DNA from: Octopus vulgaris
Taxonomy: Eukaryota
Direction: 5' to 3'
Length of the DNA stretch: 64,000 bases
Assembly: GCA_951406725.2 (NCBI GenBank)
Contig: OX597825.1
Location: 23,870,001-23,934,000, forward strand
The notes under the pieces were generated by a model. The model ran no database searches. It was not told where the DNA came from and saw only the letters and a program-made list of their open reading frames with translations. Shown here piece by piece: positions 1-14,177 of the stretch (the stretch's first letter is position 1; each line of letters opens with the position of its first letter). Made by a program: the position numbers and the translations under genes.

Positions 1-122
1 AGTCAACTTTGCCTTTCAACCTTTCTGGGTCGATAAATTAAATACCGTTTAAGGACTGGGGCGGATGTAATCGACCTAACCCCTCCCCACGAATTTCAGG
101 ACTTGTACCTATAGTAGAAAGG

Positions 123-123
<1 letters not shown>
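1..123 (+). mobile_element. tRNA-derived SINE family A, 3' part (variant with (TTA)n tail)
   Basis: Degenerate match to the core gtcgactttgcctttcatcctttcggggtcgataaatta shared with many copies in the window; ends tagtagaaagga followed by (TTA)n. Confidence 0.8.
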
Positions 124-197
<74 letters not shown>

Positions 198-312
198 GTT
201 GTTGTTGTTATTATCATTATTATTATTATTAATAATAATAATGATGATAATAATAATAATAATAATAATATTAATAATAATAATAATAATAATAATAATG
301 ACAATGATAATG

Positions 313-386
<74 letters not shown>

Positions 387-420
387 AATAATAATAATAA
401 TAATAATAATAATAGTAATA

Positions 421-475
<55 letters not shown>

Positions 476-512
476 TAATAATAATAATGATAATAATAAT
501 AATAGTAATAAT
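123..512. repeat. Compound trinucleotide microsatellite (TTA)n/(TAA)n/(TGA)n
   Basis: Directly visible; orientation flips near 230. Confidence 0.95.
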
Positions 513-931
513 GACATCATTTTTATAATATTTTCTAATCAATAAAGTATTATACAAATTTGAAATACACTTTCAAAACAGAAATTTAAATAAGCAAATA
601 TATAATATAAACGATATGAGATATCACTATATGGATCACTTGAGTGCTAAAAATAGCCGTCAAGCCGTCTTACCACTAAACCTGTGTTCTCAACTTGTAA
701 CACGCTACTAAAAAAATGGACGGCGTGTAATAAGTAAGAAAGTAACTACACACTGTGTGAATATGCGCATATCTATATGTATATGTTATATAATTATATA
801 TGTATATGTTATATAAATATTCATGTATATCTTACATAATTATGCATACATACATATAAATATATTTATATATATATATATTTATATATAATCACACACA
901 TATATATATTTTCAAATACATTTATGCGTGG

Positions 932-995
<64 letters not shown>

Positions 996-1035
996 TTATA
1001 CATATGTGTTAATATCTATAGACATGTATGTATAC

Positions 1036-1099
<64 letters not shown>

Positions 1100-2397
1100 A
1101 TATGTGTGTGTGTGTGTGTATGCGTATATATATATGTGAGTGTATATGTGTTTGCGTATATACACTCAGGTACACACGCAAAAATTATGTTCCCAGATAA
1201 GCTAAACAGCAGCACAAGAAGATAATCATAACATTTATAACACAACAACAACAAAAAACAAAACAATAAAACGAAAAAAAAGGACTAAACTTCGAAATGA
1301 TCTCTTCTGGCGTTTTGAACAAAAAAGCTGGAAGGAATCGTTTTTATATCCGAGGCAAAGCGTGAGTATGAATAAGAAGTAGTCAAAGAAGGGGAAGATG
1401 CCAGGATGCTGGATAATAAATCAATAGAATGCACTCGCTCACACACGCACACACACACAGACACACATACACACATATGTGTATGTTTCTATGTGTGTGT
1501 ATGACTATATGTGTATATATACGTATACATATTCGTATATTATGTATATATGTATATGTATGTTTATGTATATATATATGTATATACATGTGTCTGTATA
1601 TATAAATACAAATGTATATATATATATATACATACATACATGTACATATATATATATATATACATACATGTACATATATATATATATATATATATACATA
1701 CATACATGTAAATATATATATACGTGTATATATATATATACATGTGCACATATATAAAAGTATACATATATATGTATATATGTATGTATTATGTATATAT
1801 ATTTGTATATAGTGTATATATAACTTATATCTATATACATATATGTATAGAATAAAGAGAGAGAGATGCATATATAGAATATATACGCCCAAACATACAA
1901 TAACACATTGGTAATCGGATATTCAATGGTGACAGATGTTTATTGCTTACGTATAAGACGAAGAGATATTTGAGCATACGTTCATACAAGTAGAGATAAA
2001 AAAATAATCATTATGTGTGTGTGTGTGTGAGTTTACTTAAATAACAGAAAAGATTTGTGAACTCCATGACGGCAAAAAGAAACAGGTTGTATTTTTATCA
2101 AAATATGCAACCGGTTTCAATCTGTTTTTAAAACTCAGTGTAGTCATGATGTAAGAAATGGGGAAATAAATCGAAATATGCCAAGATGAACTTAAAAAAA
2201 CCGACGGACTGTTTTGAAAATATTTTCTTTCTTTTGTCTATAGTAATATTCTCAAAATTAGTTCTTGTTTTTTTAATATAACATCACTCGTGTAAAACCT
2301 TTTACGCATTCAATATTTATATATCTATGTGAGTGTACGTGTATTTCTGTGTCTATGTATATATATATATATACTGTTATATTTGTATGTGTGCATG

Positions 2398-2438
<41 letters not shown>

Positions 2439-3669
2439 TTATGTATGTATCTATGTATGTACGTGGAGTATAAATGCTAAATATTTAATATTTAGCATAA
2501 TGAATCATAGCACTACCGAATTGTAGTCTTGCACGAAGATTACAAAGGAATTGGCAATTATAACTGTTCGTTGAATATACGGTCATCTGGAAAAAAAGCG
2601 TGAAAGAAGAAAGAGAAATAGGTATATGAAACCTACTTATCTTTCCAAGTTTTATCGTGTATTATTGCTATGATATTTTTCGAACGTTTGAACATTTATT
2701 TTCTACCGCAGAGAAACTTATTTAACAACTTGAATTTTCATTATGTAATTTTGATCAGAAACCTTTTGAATGGAATACTTTTAAGCATGTTTTACCGCCA
2801 TGAAACATTTTTCGCTGCTATTTCGTTCTTTTAAATTTTCATCTTTTTTTTAATTTCTTTTTTGCTTTGAAAAATATAAAAGTTATTGAACACTGTATGG
2901 TGTTTTAATAAATAAAAAAAATTACATTGTCGCCTATGTTTGCTTGTTGCATATGTTGAGCCAGTCAATAATGGTATATTTCGTTGGCTGCGTGAATATT
3001 AGCTGAAGCAATCTCAAGAACATTTAACTTGATATTTATTGCCAGACATAAATGCTGCTGGCTGTTTACAATGGATAATATTAATAACTGCTGAATGGGA
3101 GAGAGATAAAAAACCAGCGCTGCATCCGTAGCATTTACTTATGAAACCGAGAGCCTGGAGTTGTGTGCGCAAATGCTCAGAACCGTGTGGCAAGAGAGGA
3201 GGCACATGAATCAGTTTGTCGATTCTGCTACGAATTAAAGCGACAAAATAGTTTCCATAGGGTACACGAGGTTAAGTTTTAAAACATTTGAGAAAACCAC
3301 ATTACACCACAGTTTTACGCCGATTGGTTAATTTTAAACTCAAACTGTGCTAGCTTAATCGTGGCGCTTGATTGAGTGTCTAGCGGTTAGGGCCCGAAAC
3401 TCCGCGTCAACATAAAATACAATTCATATACAGACCCCGGTGCATCTTCAGCTCTCAAATAAATGTTTCTGTAGACGTAAAATCATATTAATAACAAACA
3501 AATTCTCTTCGCTAATAGTCACTGAAAAGTTGTAGAGATGTGATCTTCAATGGACGAAAAAATATCTACTATCATTTTATCAATTATATTTTGTAAATTT
3601 ACATACATATTATGCATCATTCCATCCATCCATACAGACATACATACATCTATATATGTATGTATATCG

Positions 3670-3864
3670 CGTGTGTACCGTTGGCGATTTTTTCCTCTGT
3701 CTTCTCTTCTCTGGATTTTTCCTTCTCCTATGTTTCCGACGAAGAGCTCCGCTCGAAACGTTAGACACTCCTTCTTCCCTTCTTTCCTGAGCGTCCAATA
3801 ATACTATATTTGTTCCACGTCCTCGCGTTGTTGTGTTTTTTTGTGCTTTCTTGTTTGGATTAAC

Positions 3865-3870
<6 letters not shown>
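3670..3870 (+). mobile_element. Penelope-like terminal-repeat fragment with minimal hammerhead-like core
   Basis: tgttt-CCGACGA-a-gagc-tcc-gctc-GAAAC-GTT-agaca at 3731-3767; homologous to four minus-strand copies; abuts (TA)n. Confidence 0.6.
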
Positions 3871-3906
<36 letters not shown>

Positions 3907-3915
3907 AATACATAC

Positions 3916-3964
<49 letters not shown>

Positions 3965-3972
<8 letters not shown>

Positions 3973-4090
3973 TAAAAAATGGACTTAACGCAGGTGTAAT
4001 AAAATATTTTTACTTTCGACACATGTTTCGAAAATTCCACTGATACTATTCAAAAGAATAAATGGTATAAACAAGGAGTTACAACACCTT
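3965..4090 (-). mobile_element. Dispersed repeat fragment, probable Penelope-like end (second family)
   Basis: Homologous to 30636-30790 (aacgcaggtgt...cgaca.atgtttcgaa); abuts (TA)n. Confidence 0.4.
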
Positions 4091-4474
4091 TACTTGTGAG
4101 ATTTTTGCTGCCCTGGTAACTATTTTTTTTTTCCGTGTTAATTGTTAACAAGGTAAAAATACACTCATCTATATATATATATATATATATATATAAACAC
4201 ACATACACATAAGCATACACCTATATATGCAAGGAAAAGTCAAAAATTTAACTACAGTTTCGTTTCGCCGAAAGTTTTCATTTAGTTGGCTGCACTTCCT
4301 CATGTGCTCAACGTTGGTATGGCTGGCCCACCAGCAGTGTAGGACAAGGAAGAACAGAGATGAGTACTCCGATTTCTCTGGTCTGAAATTACATCAGGAG
4401 GTGACATAGATACATATATTTATATTTAAATGTGTATGTACGTATGTAAATATATATATATATATATATATATA

Positions 4475-4739
4475 TCACCGTGATCACCGTGACCGACCAG
4501 ACTATCAGATGTTCTTACACATCACTGGTCACAATGCGCTTCCCATTGTTTTAGCCTTCAAATGACGCCACCCCGCTGTGGCGAAAGAGTACAGCAGGGA
4601 TCGTCATCACCCCCAACCGGAGACTCGTGGAGCTTTAGGTGTTTTCGCTCAATAAACACTCACAACGCCTTGTCTGGGAATCGAAACCGCGATCCTACGA
4701 CCGCGAGTCCACTGCCCTAACCACTTGGCCATTGCACCT

Positions 4740-4742
<3 letters not shown>
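4475..4742 (-). mobile_element. tRNA-derived SINE, head type C with an alternative tail
   Basis: Minus strand starts ggaggtgcaatggccaagtggttagggc (A box) ...gtttcgattcc (B box); head matches 44283-44450 but tail differs; flanked by (TA)n on both sides. Confidence 0.8.
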
Positions 4743-4809
<67 letters not shown>

Positions 4810-5294
4810 ATATATATATATAATATACATATATATATTTATATATGTGTATATATATATATATATACTCCTCCACACCTCCATACATATATACATTCAT
4901 AACTGCACACTTACATAGATATATGTATGTGCATATGTGTTGTATAGATTAATGCGATTTAAACAGGGACGACACAGCTGGTGCATTGGTTTTGTTCTCT
5001 CAGTTCAGAGTTGACAATTTCTGTTGAATAAGCATACAAAATAGCATTGCAGGAAATACTAGGCTTTACGCTTTTCTATAATGTAGTTTTGTTACTCTCG
5101 CTCGAGTATGTGTAGCATGATATCAAATATGGCCGTATCGTTAAGATGTTCGCATCAGAATCCTGCAGTCTCGGATTCAATCCTACTGCTCGGCTCCTCG
5201 GGCGAGTCAATGTTACTGTAGACCCGAACAAATAAGGCCTAGTGGCTGTATTTGATAAATGGAATTATACATACATACATAAATACATACATAT

Positions 5295-5362
<68 letters not shown>

Positions 5363-5366
<4 letters not shown>

Positions 5367-5545
5367 AATTAGAAAAAACAAACAGACGCGTGAGGACGTA
5401 GCACAAGCAATGTATTAAATCAACGCTCGGAGAAAGAAGAGAGTTTTTGTTTTACGTTTCGAGTATAGCTCTTTGTCGGAAACAGGAAAAACAAAAAGAG
5501 CTAAGGGAAAGAAGAAAGGAGAAAATATATTTAAAAAAGGAAAAG
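5363..5545 (-). mobile_element. Penelope-like terminal-repeat fragment with hammerhead-like core
   Basis: Minus strand tgttt-ccgacaa-a-gagctatactc-gaaacgta-aaaca; homologous to 3670-3870; degenerate element sequence may extend to about 6130. Confidence 0.55.
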
Positions 5546-6325
5546 AACCACTTCACTGGCAGTTATAATTTAATTTTCTTATACATAATATAAGTTAATT
5601 TTACAGTTTGGTTTGTAGATCTAGTAAGTTCTTTGTTAACGTCGGTAACGAGATTTTTTAGAGGTTCCTTGTTAACTTTTGTGGAGAACTTTCTCGCACT
5701 CGTCGGTGGCGGTTATTAAACTGATCTTCAGCTTGTGTTGTGTTGTGTTGTGTGCTTCTATATATATAAAATATTTGAGTATGTCTGGGGTGTGGTTGGG
5801 GTTAATAATAAGTGTGAGAGTGAAGGAGTGTTCATGAATCAGATCAGAAAGGAAATAGTGAATGGTAGAAACAAGATAGTTAATTGAGGGTAGAATTGGG
5901 AGGTGGTGGGGGTATTTAGTGAGTGTTTTATGAAGGGCTTGTGAAAGTGTCCTCTTGTTGGTTCCATATGAATGGTTGACTTTGGAGGAAAATATAATGG
6001 TCAGATGCTTTTCAAATTCTCATATGGCTGAATCAGCTATCTTAATTTTATAAAGAGAAGCTTCAGTAATTTTCTATGTGAAAGATGAGTTTAGGTGTTG
6101 TTTGGGGGGATGGGGTGTTAACGAGGTGTAAGATACGTGTCTTTTGATACAAAAGGGGATGATAGCATAGAGGGAGGGAGAAAGAGAGACACACACACAC
6201 ATAAGTTTAGACTTGGAATGTTTGTTGATAGAAATATTTTTATATTTATATATTGGTGTGGGAGGGGAGGTGGAAGAGAGATCATGCTATCTCACATATT
6301 TGCTTCCCTACGTACAAACAAACGA

Positions 6326-6417
<92 letters not shown>

Positions 6418-6601
6418 ATGTGTGTGTGTAAACACATACACATATGCAAACACACGCACATACATGCATATATATATATATATATACATGCACATATACA
6501 TACATACACACACACGTTTTCCCATATATACATACACATATACACACACATACACACATATACATACATACATGCATAATACATATTTATATGTATGTAT
6601 G

Positions 6602-6653
<52 letters not shown>

Positions 6654-7324
6654 TCGTTTGACAAACTTCAACTGATAGTAAGTAAAAACCATTAAACCAT
6701 TTAATTCCAAGATTTATTTATGTTTAACAACTGAATGAATTTAATATACAAGCATCTAAATATGAAACATAATGAAAATTATTCCAACTGAAGTCTTTCA
6801 GTGACACCATTTTCCCCAAAATAAATAAATAAAATTGAATATTAAATATTTAGGGAATTTTTGATTTACTGTCAGGTGACTATTGGCCAAGTCAGTATAT
6901 CTACACACATACACACAGACATGTATTTTCTAGTTCATACAAAACCATATATTTGTAGATGCATTAACACCTATATATTTATATATACCTATATACACAT
7001 GCATACGTACACACACACATATGTATATGTATCTATACTATTCAAGTATTTCAGTTTATATGCACAATGCTGGGAGGGTGATTAGTGAAATGCTAGTGTA
7101 CTTCCGGGGGTTGTTCTCTTCAACCAACGAATAATTTTACAGCTTATCGTATTTCGATACAGGAAAAATTCACACCTATCTGCGCCAATAAATCACTGCT
7201 TCTAAGAGTTATTATTTTCTTGTGTCTTCTACGGACTGCTTGAAGCTTCCTTCACCTTGATCCTAGGATCTTACCTTTACATAACTGTTTGTCTGTCTGT
7301 CTGTCTATCTATCTATCTACCTAC

Positions 7325-7397
<73 letters not shown>

Positions 7398-7423
7398 CCT
7401 ATATATGTGACTGTGATTGTGTG

Positions 7424-7534
<111 letters not shown>

Positions 7535-8360
7535 CAATAAATGGTGGGGTTGTGTTGACCGCACGTGGAGAAATGATAGGCAAGGAAAAATAAAAAAAAA
7601 TAAAAAACGATAATGCAAATGAAGCTAAAATGATAATTTTATAATTTAAGTTTTATTAACACCCTTTATTACAAAAAATTGATAAACCCAAATTGAAGAG
7701 CTTAAAACCCACAGAGTTGTCTACCCTTACTCACAGGGAATGGACATCTACTTCCTGTTTTGACATTCACTTAACAGACATCCTTAATTAAATTAAACAT
7801 CACATGGATTTAATCACATGGATCTCAATCCTCCAAGGTAATTTTTTCAAGAACTATCATTAAACTCGAGATACACAAAGACTTTACAATGTATCGGAAT
7901 ACCTATTTTAAAATTTTTGTACATGTTTATTATTATTTTTTTGCAAAAAACAATGTAATTTTCGTTTTTGCCCATCCTCAAACATAAACAAATTTTTTTT
8001 TCTTTCCACCTTACAATTCTTGAAAAGTCACATTGTGACGAAAACCGGCTTGAATTAATATATATATATATTTTATCAATTTTTCAAAATTTTCCATACA
8101 CCCATTTTCATTAAAATTTTCCTTCAATTTAGCATTCTGCCTTTTCAATTTTTCCTTGCCTATATATATATATATATATATATACACGCACACACACATA
8201 TATACTTATATATATATGTACACGCGTGTATGTAAATATATATATGTATACATATGTATATATTGACAAATATGTATGTGTGCATGCATGTGTAAATTAA
8301 AACTGAAAAATACAGAAACAAGAGTAGCAAAAATATATGAAGTTTATAATATTAATAATG

Positions 8361-8394
<34 letters not shown>

Positions 8395-8456
8395 TGATGA
8401 TGATGATAATAATAATAATGATAATAATAATAATAATGATAATGATAATAATGATG

Positions 8457-8505
<49 letters not shown>

Positions 8506-8525
8506 GAATGACAATGATAATGATG

Positions 8526-8589
<64 letters not shown>

Positions 8590-8905
8590 TAATAATAAAG
8601 ATATAACGATGTTCTCATGATTTTAACGATATATTAGAAAATACAGTAGTCATATGTCCAATTACCCCCAAAAATCAGTTATAGACATTCGTTGACATAA
8701 ACATAGATAAGTAATATTCAAATTATGACTAATTTTTCAATAATTATTTTCCATCAATTTTACTATTTACGTATTTTATTGGGGCATTAAAATTGAAAAA
8801 TCTGAGACAATTCACTGTTTTCTATGATCTTGAGTTGTTATGATGACAGCCAGAAAGTGACACAAGAACACACAAACACACACAAACCCAAGTATGTATA
8901 CCATA

Positions 8906-8960
<55 letters not shown>

Positions 8961-9051
8961 GTACATAAATGTGAATATGCCTATAATATATATATATCAG
9001 TCTATCACTATGTATTTATAAGTATATAATATATATATATACTATGTATTT

Positions 9052-9094
<43 letters not shown>

Positions 9095-9281
9095 CATATA
9101 CATAATTACTTATATATTTATGTATAGTAACGTGGACTTTCATACAATCACTCTCATATGTGGCCATAAACTGAAAAGTTGGTCAGTTTTAACTACTTTT
9201 CGACAATTATATTGCAGCAATAAATTACATATGTTGAAATAACGAATATTTCTATTGAAAATAATCACACGTAATAATATC

Positions 9282-9456
<175 letters not shown>

Positions 9457-9616
9457 CTCTCTATATATATGTTTATGTATATATATACATATATAAATAT
9501 GTATATATATATATATACGTCTATATATACATATATATATGTATATATATGCACATCTACCTATATACATATATGCATATACATATACAAATATATATAT
9601 ATACATATATCTCTAT

Positions 9617-9666
<50 letters not shown>

Positions 9667-9667
9667 A

Positions 9668-9730
<63 letters not shown>

Positions 9731-10096
9731 GTATACCTCTGCTCAGTTTGAAATCTTTTGGAACTTCTCTACATAGATAATTGCACAGACAACAATACGT
9801 GCCAAGAAATGGACACCGATTCCTAAGCGCATATATATATGAAAGTATATTTCCATTAGAATTAAACTCCCTCTATAATAAAAGTATTGCGGGTGATTGT
9901 GTATTACTTGGGGAAGGCAAGGCATGATTGCTCTTTGTAGATTTTCGCTTGTCAGTGAAAGTACTACTTCATTGATATTGATATTTTTCCGCGCCCAGTT
10001 TTTATTATTCTGTAGAAATATCCATCCGTCATCTTTTAGCATCATTGTTAGTGCGTTTCTATTTTTCATTTTGTCCGTCCCTTTGACATGTACATA

Positions 10097-11724
10097 CAGT
10101 TGCGGCCAAAATGTTCAGAACGGCATTGTTTTCGTCAGAAAAGTAGGTATAAGTTTTTATCAAAGTTGTTTTATTTTCTATAATTTTCACAGACAATAAA
10201 TACGATATTAATTGTTAATTGTCTGGGATTTTGGTGTAAATTGAGAGGATAATACAAAAGTTATGGATGATTTAGTGATTTACTACAAAACCCATGGCAG
10301 CCAAAGTGATCAGAACGGTTGCTTTTACTCCTTGTTTTAGTATATTTAACCGGTGAACTCTAATGTTTTGAATTTGTTTACCTGACGTTTCGTTTACTAA
10401 ACATTAGTAAGAGTATCTGCAGTGTACTTTGTTAATATAATGCCACTTACTCCGTTACCAATTCGTCAGCAGATTATTAAGCTTCAAAAGAAGGATCATT
10501 TAAGAATTGGGTCTATTGCAAAGATTGTTAACAAGTGAAAAAGTGTTGTTCACGGTATTCTTAAGGTCTACGATGATTGTGGTTCGTGTGGAGCAAGAAG
10601 GTCTACAGGTAGGCCAAGAAAAACGACCAAGAGAGAAGATCGTGCTATGATAAAGATGGTTAAAAAGGACAGATTTAAAACTGCCGCTGCTGTTTCTCGG
10701 GAAATGAGCATTGTACTGAAGAAAACTTTATCTCGAAAAACTGTGTCTCGTCGTTTAGTTGAACATGACCTACAAGCAAGATCACCTGCAGTGAAGCCAC
10801 TGATCATCTCCAAGAATAAAAAGTGTCGTCTTATCTTTAACCGAACATGTGTTGTGGTCTCAAGAAAAATGGCAAACAGTGCATTTCAGTGATGAATCTA
10901 AGTTTATGTTAGTTGGCTCAGATGGGAAAAGGTACGTTCGTAGAAAAGTAGGTGAACAATTGTCGCCTAAATGCCTTAAGACTAGTTTTAAATCGGTGAA
11001 GGAAGTGTCATAGTTTGGGGGATGATATCTGGAGATGGTGTGGGCCCTTTGGTGCGATTACATGGAAAGGTAAATGCAGGAGTTTATAAACAACTTGTAA
11101 AAGATCATGTCTTGCCTGTGCTGAGAAATTCAACTAAGCGATCACCCATATTCATGCAGGACAATGCCCCATGTCACAAGGCTAAAGTGGTCATGAACTT
11201 CCTCAAGGCTGAAAAGGTTATTGTTATGGATTGGCCTGCTCAAAGCCCAGATCTTAATCCTATTGAAAATGTGTGGAATATTCTAGGAGAACGTTCGAAA
11301 GCCAGAAATCCTAAAACAACCGAGCAATTATGGAATACCCTTCAGGAAGAATGGAATAAGATCACCCAGCAAGAAATTGGAAATTTATTTTCCTCATGCA
11401 GTCGAAGATGTCAAAGTGTGATTGACGCTAAAGGGCTTCACACTAAATATTACATAATTCCAGTATTCTCTGTCATTTTTGATTATTTTGTTATTTTTTT
11501 CAACCGTTCTGATCATTTTGGCCGCCATGGGTTTTGCAGTAAATCATTAAATCATCCATGACTTTTGCATTATCCTCTCAAATTACACCAAAATTTCAGA
11601 CAACAATAATTAATATCGTATTTATTGTCTGTGAAAATTATAGAATATAAAACAACTTTGATAAAAACTTACATCTACTTTTCTGACGAAAACAATGCCG
11701 TTCTGAACATTTTGGCCGCAACTG
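10097..11724 (+). mobile_element. Full-length Tc1-like DNA transposon with long IR/DR-type TIRs
   Basis: TA|cagttgcggccaaaatgttcagaacgg ... ccgttctgaacattttggccgcaactg|TA; TIRs 10097-10321 and 11501-11724; 1628 bp. Confidence 0.96.
10440..11453 (+). pseudogene. Tc1 DD34E transposase, disrupted
   Basis: MPLTPLPIRQQII..., GRPR motif, FSDESKF, QDNAP-(34 aa)-NPIEN, GLHTKY; premature TGA near 10536, frameshifts near 10840 and 10990, terminal stop apparently lost. Confidence 0.93.
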
Positions 11725-12217
11725 TATATTTTCTAATGTTTCTGTATTTTGTGTATACCTGTATTGTGTATTTTATGGTATCATTAATATAACGTTTAGT
11801 TTGCCGAGTAATGAGTTGATGTTTACTTTTTTATTCTCTGCTCACTTGACTAAACACAACAAGTTTTCGTATTTTAAAGCCGAAATATGTCTGAAAAATA
11901 TTTGAACGAAGCTAGTGTTTGATTATTTCCGTCACTGCTCTAGGCTTATGCTTATAATAATAAACGAAATATCAAATTTCCTTCCTGAATCATATCCTCA
12001 CAAAATTACCAGCTGAATATACAGATGCAAACGAAATGCGATCTTTTTGCTCAATAATATAACGTTTACTCAGGGTGGAATCGAAACCACAACCTTATGA
12101 TCAAGAGTACAAAATCCTACCCACCAAACCATATATGTGTGGATGTATGAATGAATACACGTACACAGCTAAAATTACACACACACACACACACATGTAT
12201 GTATGTATGTATGTATG

Positions 12218-12251
<34 letters not shown>

Positions 12252-12298
12252 TGTATGTATGTATGTATGTATGTATGTATGTTTGTATGTATGTATGT

Positions 12299-12797
12299 CT
12301 CTTGAACTTTTGATTATTATAAATTTTTCACTGAGGAGGAAGTCGGTTTCCAACTGCAATACAAGGCTCCATCTTTGGGATGAAGTTAACACAGATAAAT
12401 TCACATTCGGAACTTGAGGAAAGTCTTGCATATTTTTACTGTTCCGCTCACAGATTGCACTTGTAATGTACGAATTAGGCGGTCAGTTTCTCTTTCCGAA
12501 AATCCCAGCTTATCCAGATTCTCCTTTAAGCATTTACGCCAATAACAGTTAACAAAGCCTAATGCTCCAATTATTATTGGTATGAATGATTTCAAAGTAT
12601 GGATATAGAAGCTGGAGGTTCCGAAGCAGTTGTCCATAGATATACTATTTTTCTTTGATTTTCGAAGAGATATTTATATCTGCAGGGCAGCTGACCTCTA
12701 TGATGGTACATACCTTTTCCCCTCTGTCCCAAACAACAATATCCCCCCTGTTATGTTTACATTTGACAGTGGTTTTGATGGAAATGTTCTACCTCTG
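12299..12797 (-). mobile_element. RLE-type (R4-like) non-LTR retrotransposon, 3' fragment in (CATA)n
   Basis: Minus translation KCKHNRGDIVVWD...IIEVSCPAD...FIPIIIGALGFV...GTVKICKTFLKFRM* plus 3'UTR; (TATG)n on both sides. Confidence 0.8.
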
Positions 12798-13005
12798 TAT
12801 GTATGTATGTATGTATGTATGTATGTATGTATGTATGTATGTATGTATGTATGTATGTATGCATGTATGTATGTATGTATGTATGTATGTATGTATGTAT
12901 GTATGTATGTATGTATGCATGTATGTATGTATGTATGCATGTGTATGTGTAAGTATGTATGTGTGTATGTATGCATGTGTATGTGTAAGTATGTATGTGT
13001 GTATG

Positions 13006-13033
<28 letters not shown>

Positions 13034-13037
<4 letters not shown>

Positions 13038-13364
13038 GCTGAACTCAAGAGTCATCTTCGTAGACATAAAGCGAGACAGATGAGTGACAACCTGGCCACT
13101 GGTGGTGGGGGTGTTACACACCATACTAATCATATCTGTCGGGCATGTGGAAGAGAGTGTAATTCGGCAGGAGGGCTTAAACGACATGCAAAAGTACATG
13201 AACCCCAGTTAAAACTACAGCCGGCTATTACCAGTTTAAGGTTTTAGTTGCCAATTCTGTACAAGACATTGTAGATCTTTAGCTGGGCTAAAAAGTCACA
13301 GCGCCAATAACAGTTAAGCTTCGTGCAATGGCCATACTCGATAACGAGGGGGCAGCCATCATCA
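13034..13364 (+). mobile_element. RTE-like LINE 3' fragment with C2H2 zinc fingers
   Basis: CRACGRECNSAGGLKRHAKVH and CQFCTRHCRSLAGLKSH; tail ggccatactcgataacgagggggcagcca shared with about 60341-60370; (ATGT)n flanks. Confidence 0.7.
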
Positions 13365-13779
13365 TGTATGTATGTATGTATGTATGTATGTATGTATGTA
13401 TGTATGTATGTATGTATGTATGTATGTATGTATGTATGTATGTATGTATGTGAGTGAGTATGTACATAAATACACCGATGCAATGTTTGTTTAAGAGGCA
13501 TGAAGTATCTTTATCAGGCTGTAGCAAGTATTTGCAGTGAGATAATAACTATTGACTGATAATGATCTTTTACATTGCCACCGGCATTTCGATTTTTCTA
13601 TTAACTGAGAAATATACGAACCTATTTTTGGCATTTGTGCAATTCTTGTGGCTGAAGCTGCAAATCATAAGCTTGTGCTAAAAAAAAACATTCTTCGATT
13701 TGCAGTTAATTAACAGGCAATGGTTATACTTACTACTGAGTCGTCTTTCTTCATACACACACATACACACATATGTAAG

Positions 13780-13818
<39 letters not shown>

Positions 13819-13920
13819 TTGTATGTATGTGTATATATATATTTATATATATATATACATATGTAAGTATGTATTTGTGTATACAGACACACACACACGC
13901 ACACACACACACACATATTG

Positions 13921-14143
13921 AAGGCGGCGAGCTGGCAGAAACGGTAGTACGCCGGGCGAAATGCGTAGCCGTATTTCGTCTGCCGTTACGTTCTGGGTTC
14001 AAATTCCGCCGAGGTTGACTTTGCCTTTCATCCTTTCGGGGTCGATAAATTAAGTACCAGTTATGCACTGGGGCCGATGGAATCGATTTAATCGCTTTGT
14101 CTGTCCTTGTTTGTCCCCTCTGTGTTTATCCCCTTGTGGGTAG

Positions 14144-14146
<3 letters not shown>
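13921..14146 (+). mobile_element. SINE family A, full monomer
   Basis: ggcggcgagctggcagaa head, gttcaaattcc B box, core, tail ...ccccttgtgggtagtaaa. Confidence 0.88.

Positions 14147-14177
<31 letters not shown>

Noticed and set aside
38-557. Poly-Leu/Ile/Asn ORFs and the many YI/CV/MYVC/IYLS ORFs throughout the window
   Set aside because: These are translations of simple repeats that lack stop codons.
13034-13317. C2H2 zinc-finger host gene exon
   Set aside because: It is flanked by (ATGT)n and ends in a retrotransposon-type tail shared with about 60326-60370; no splice sites support an exon.
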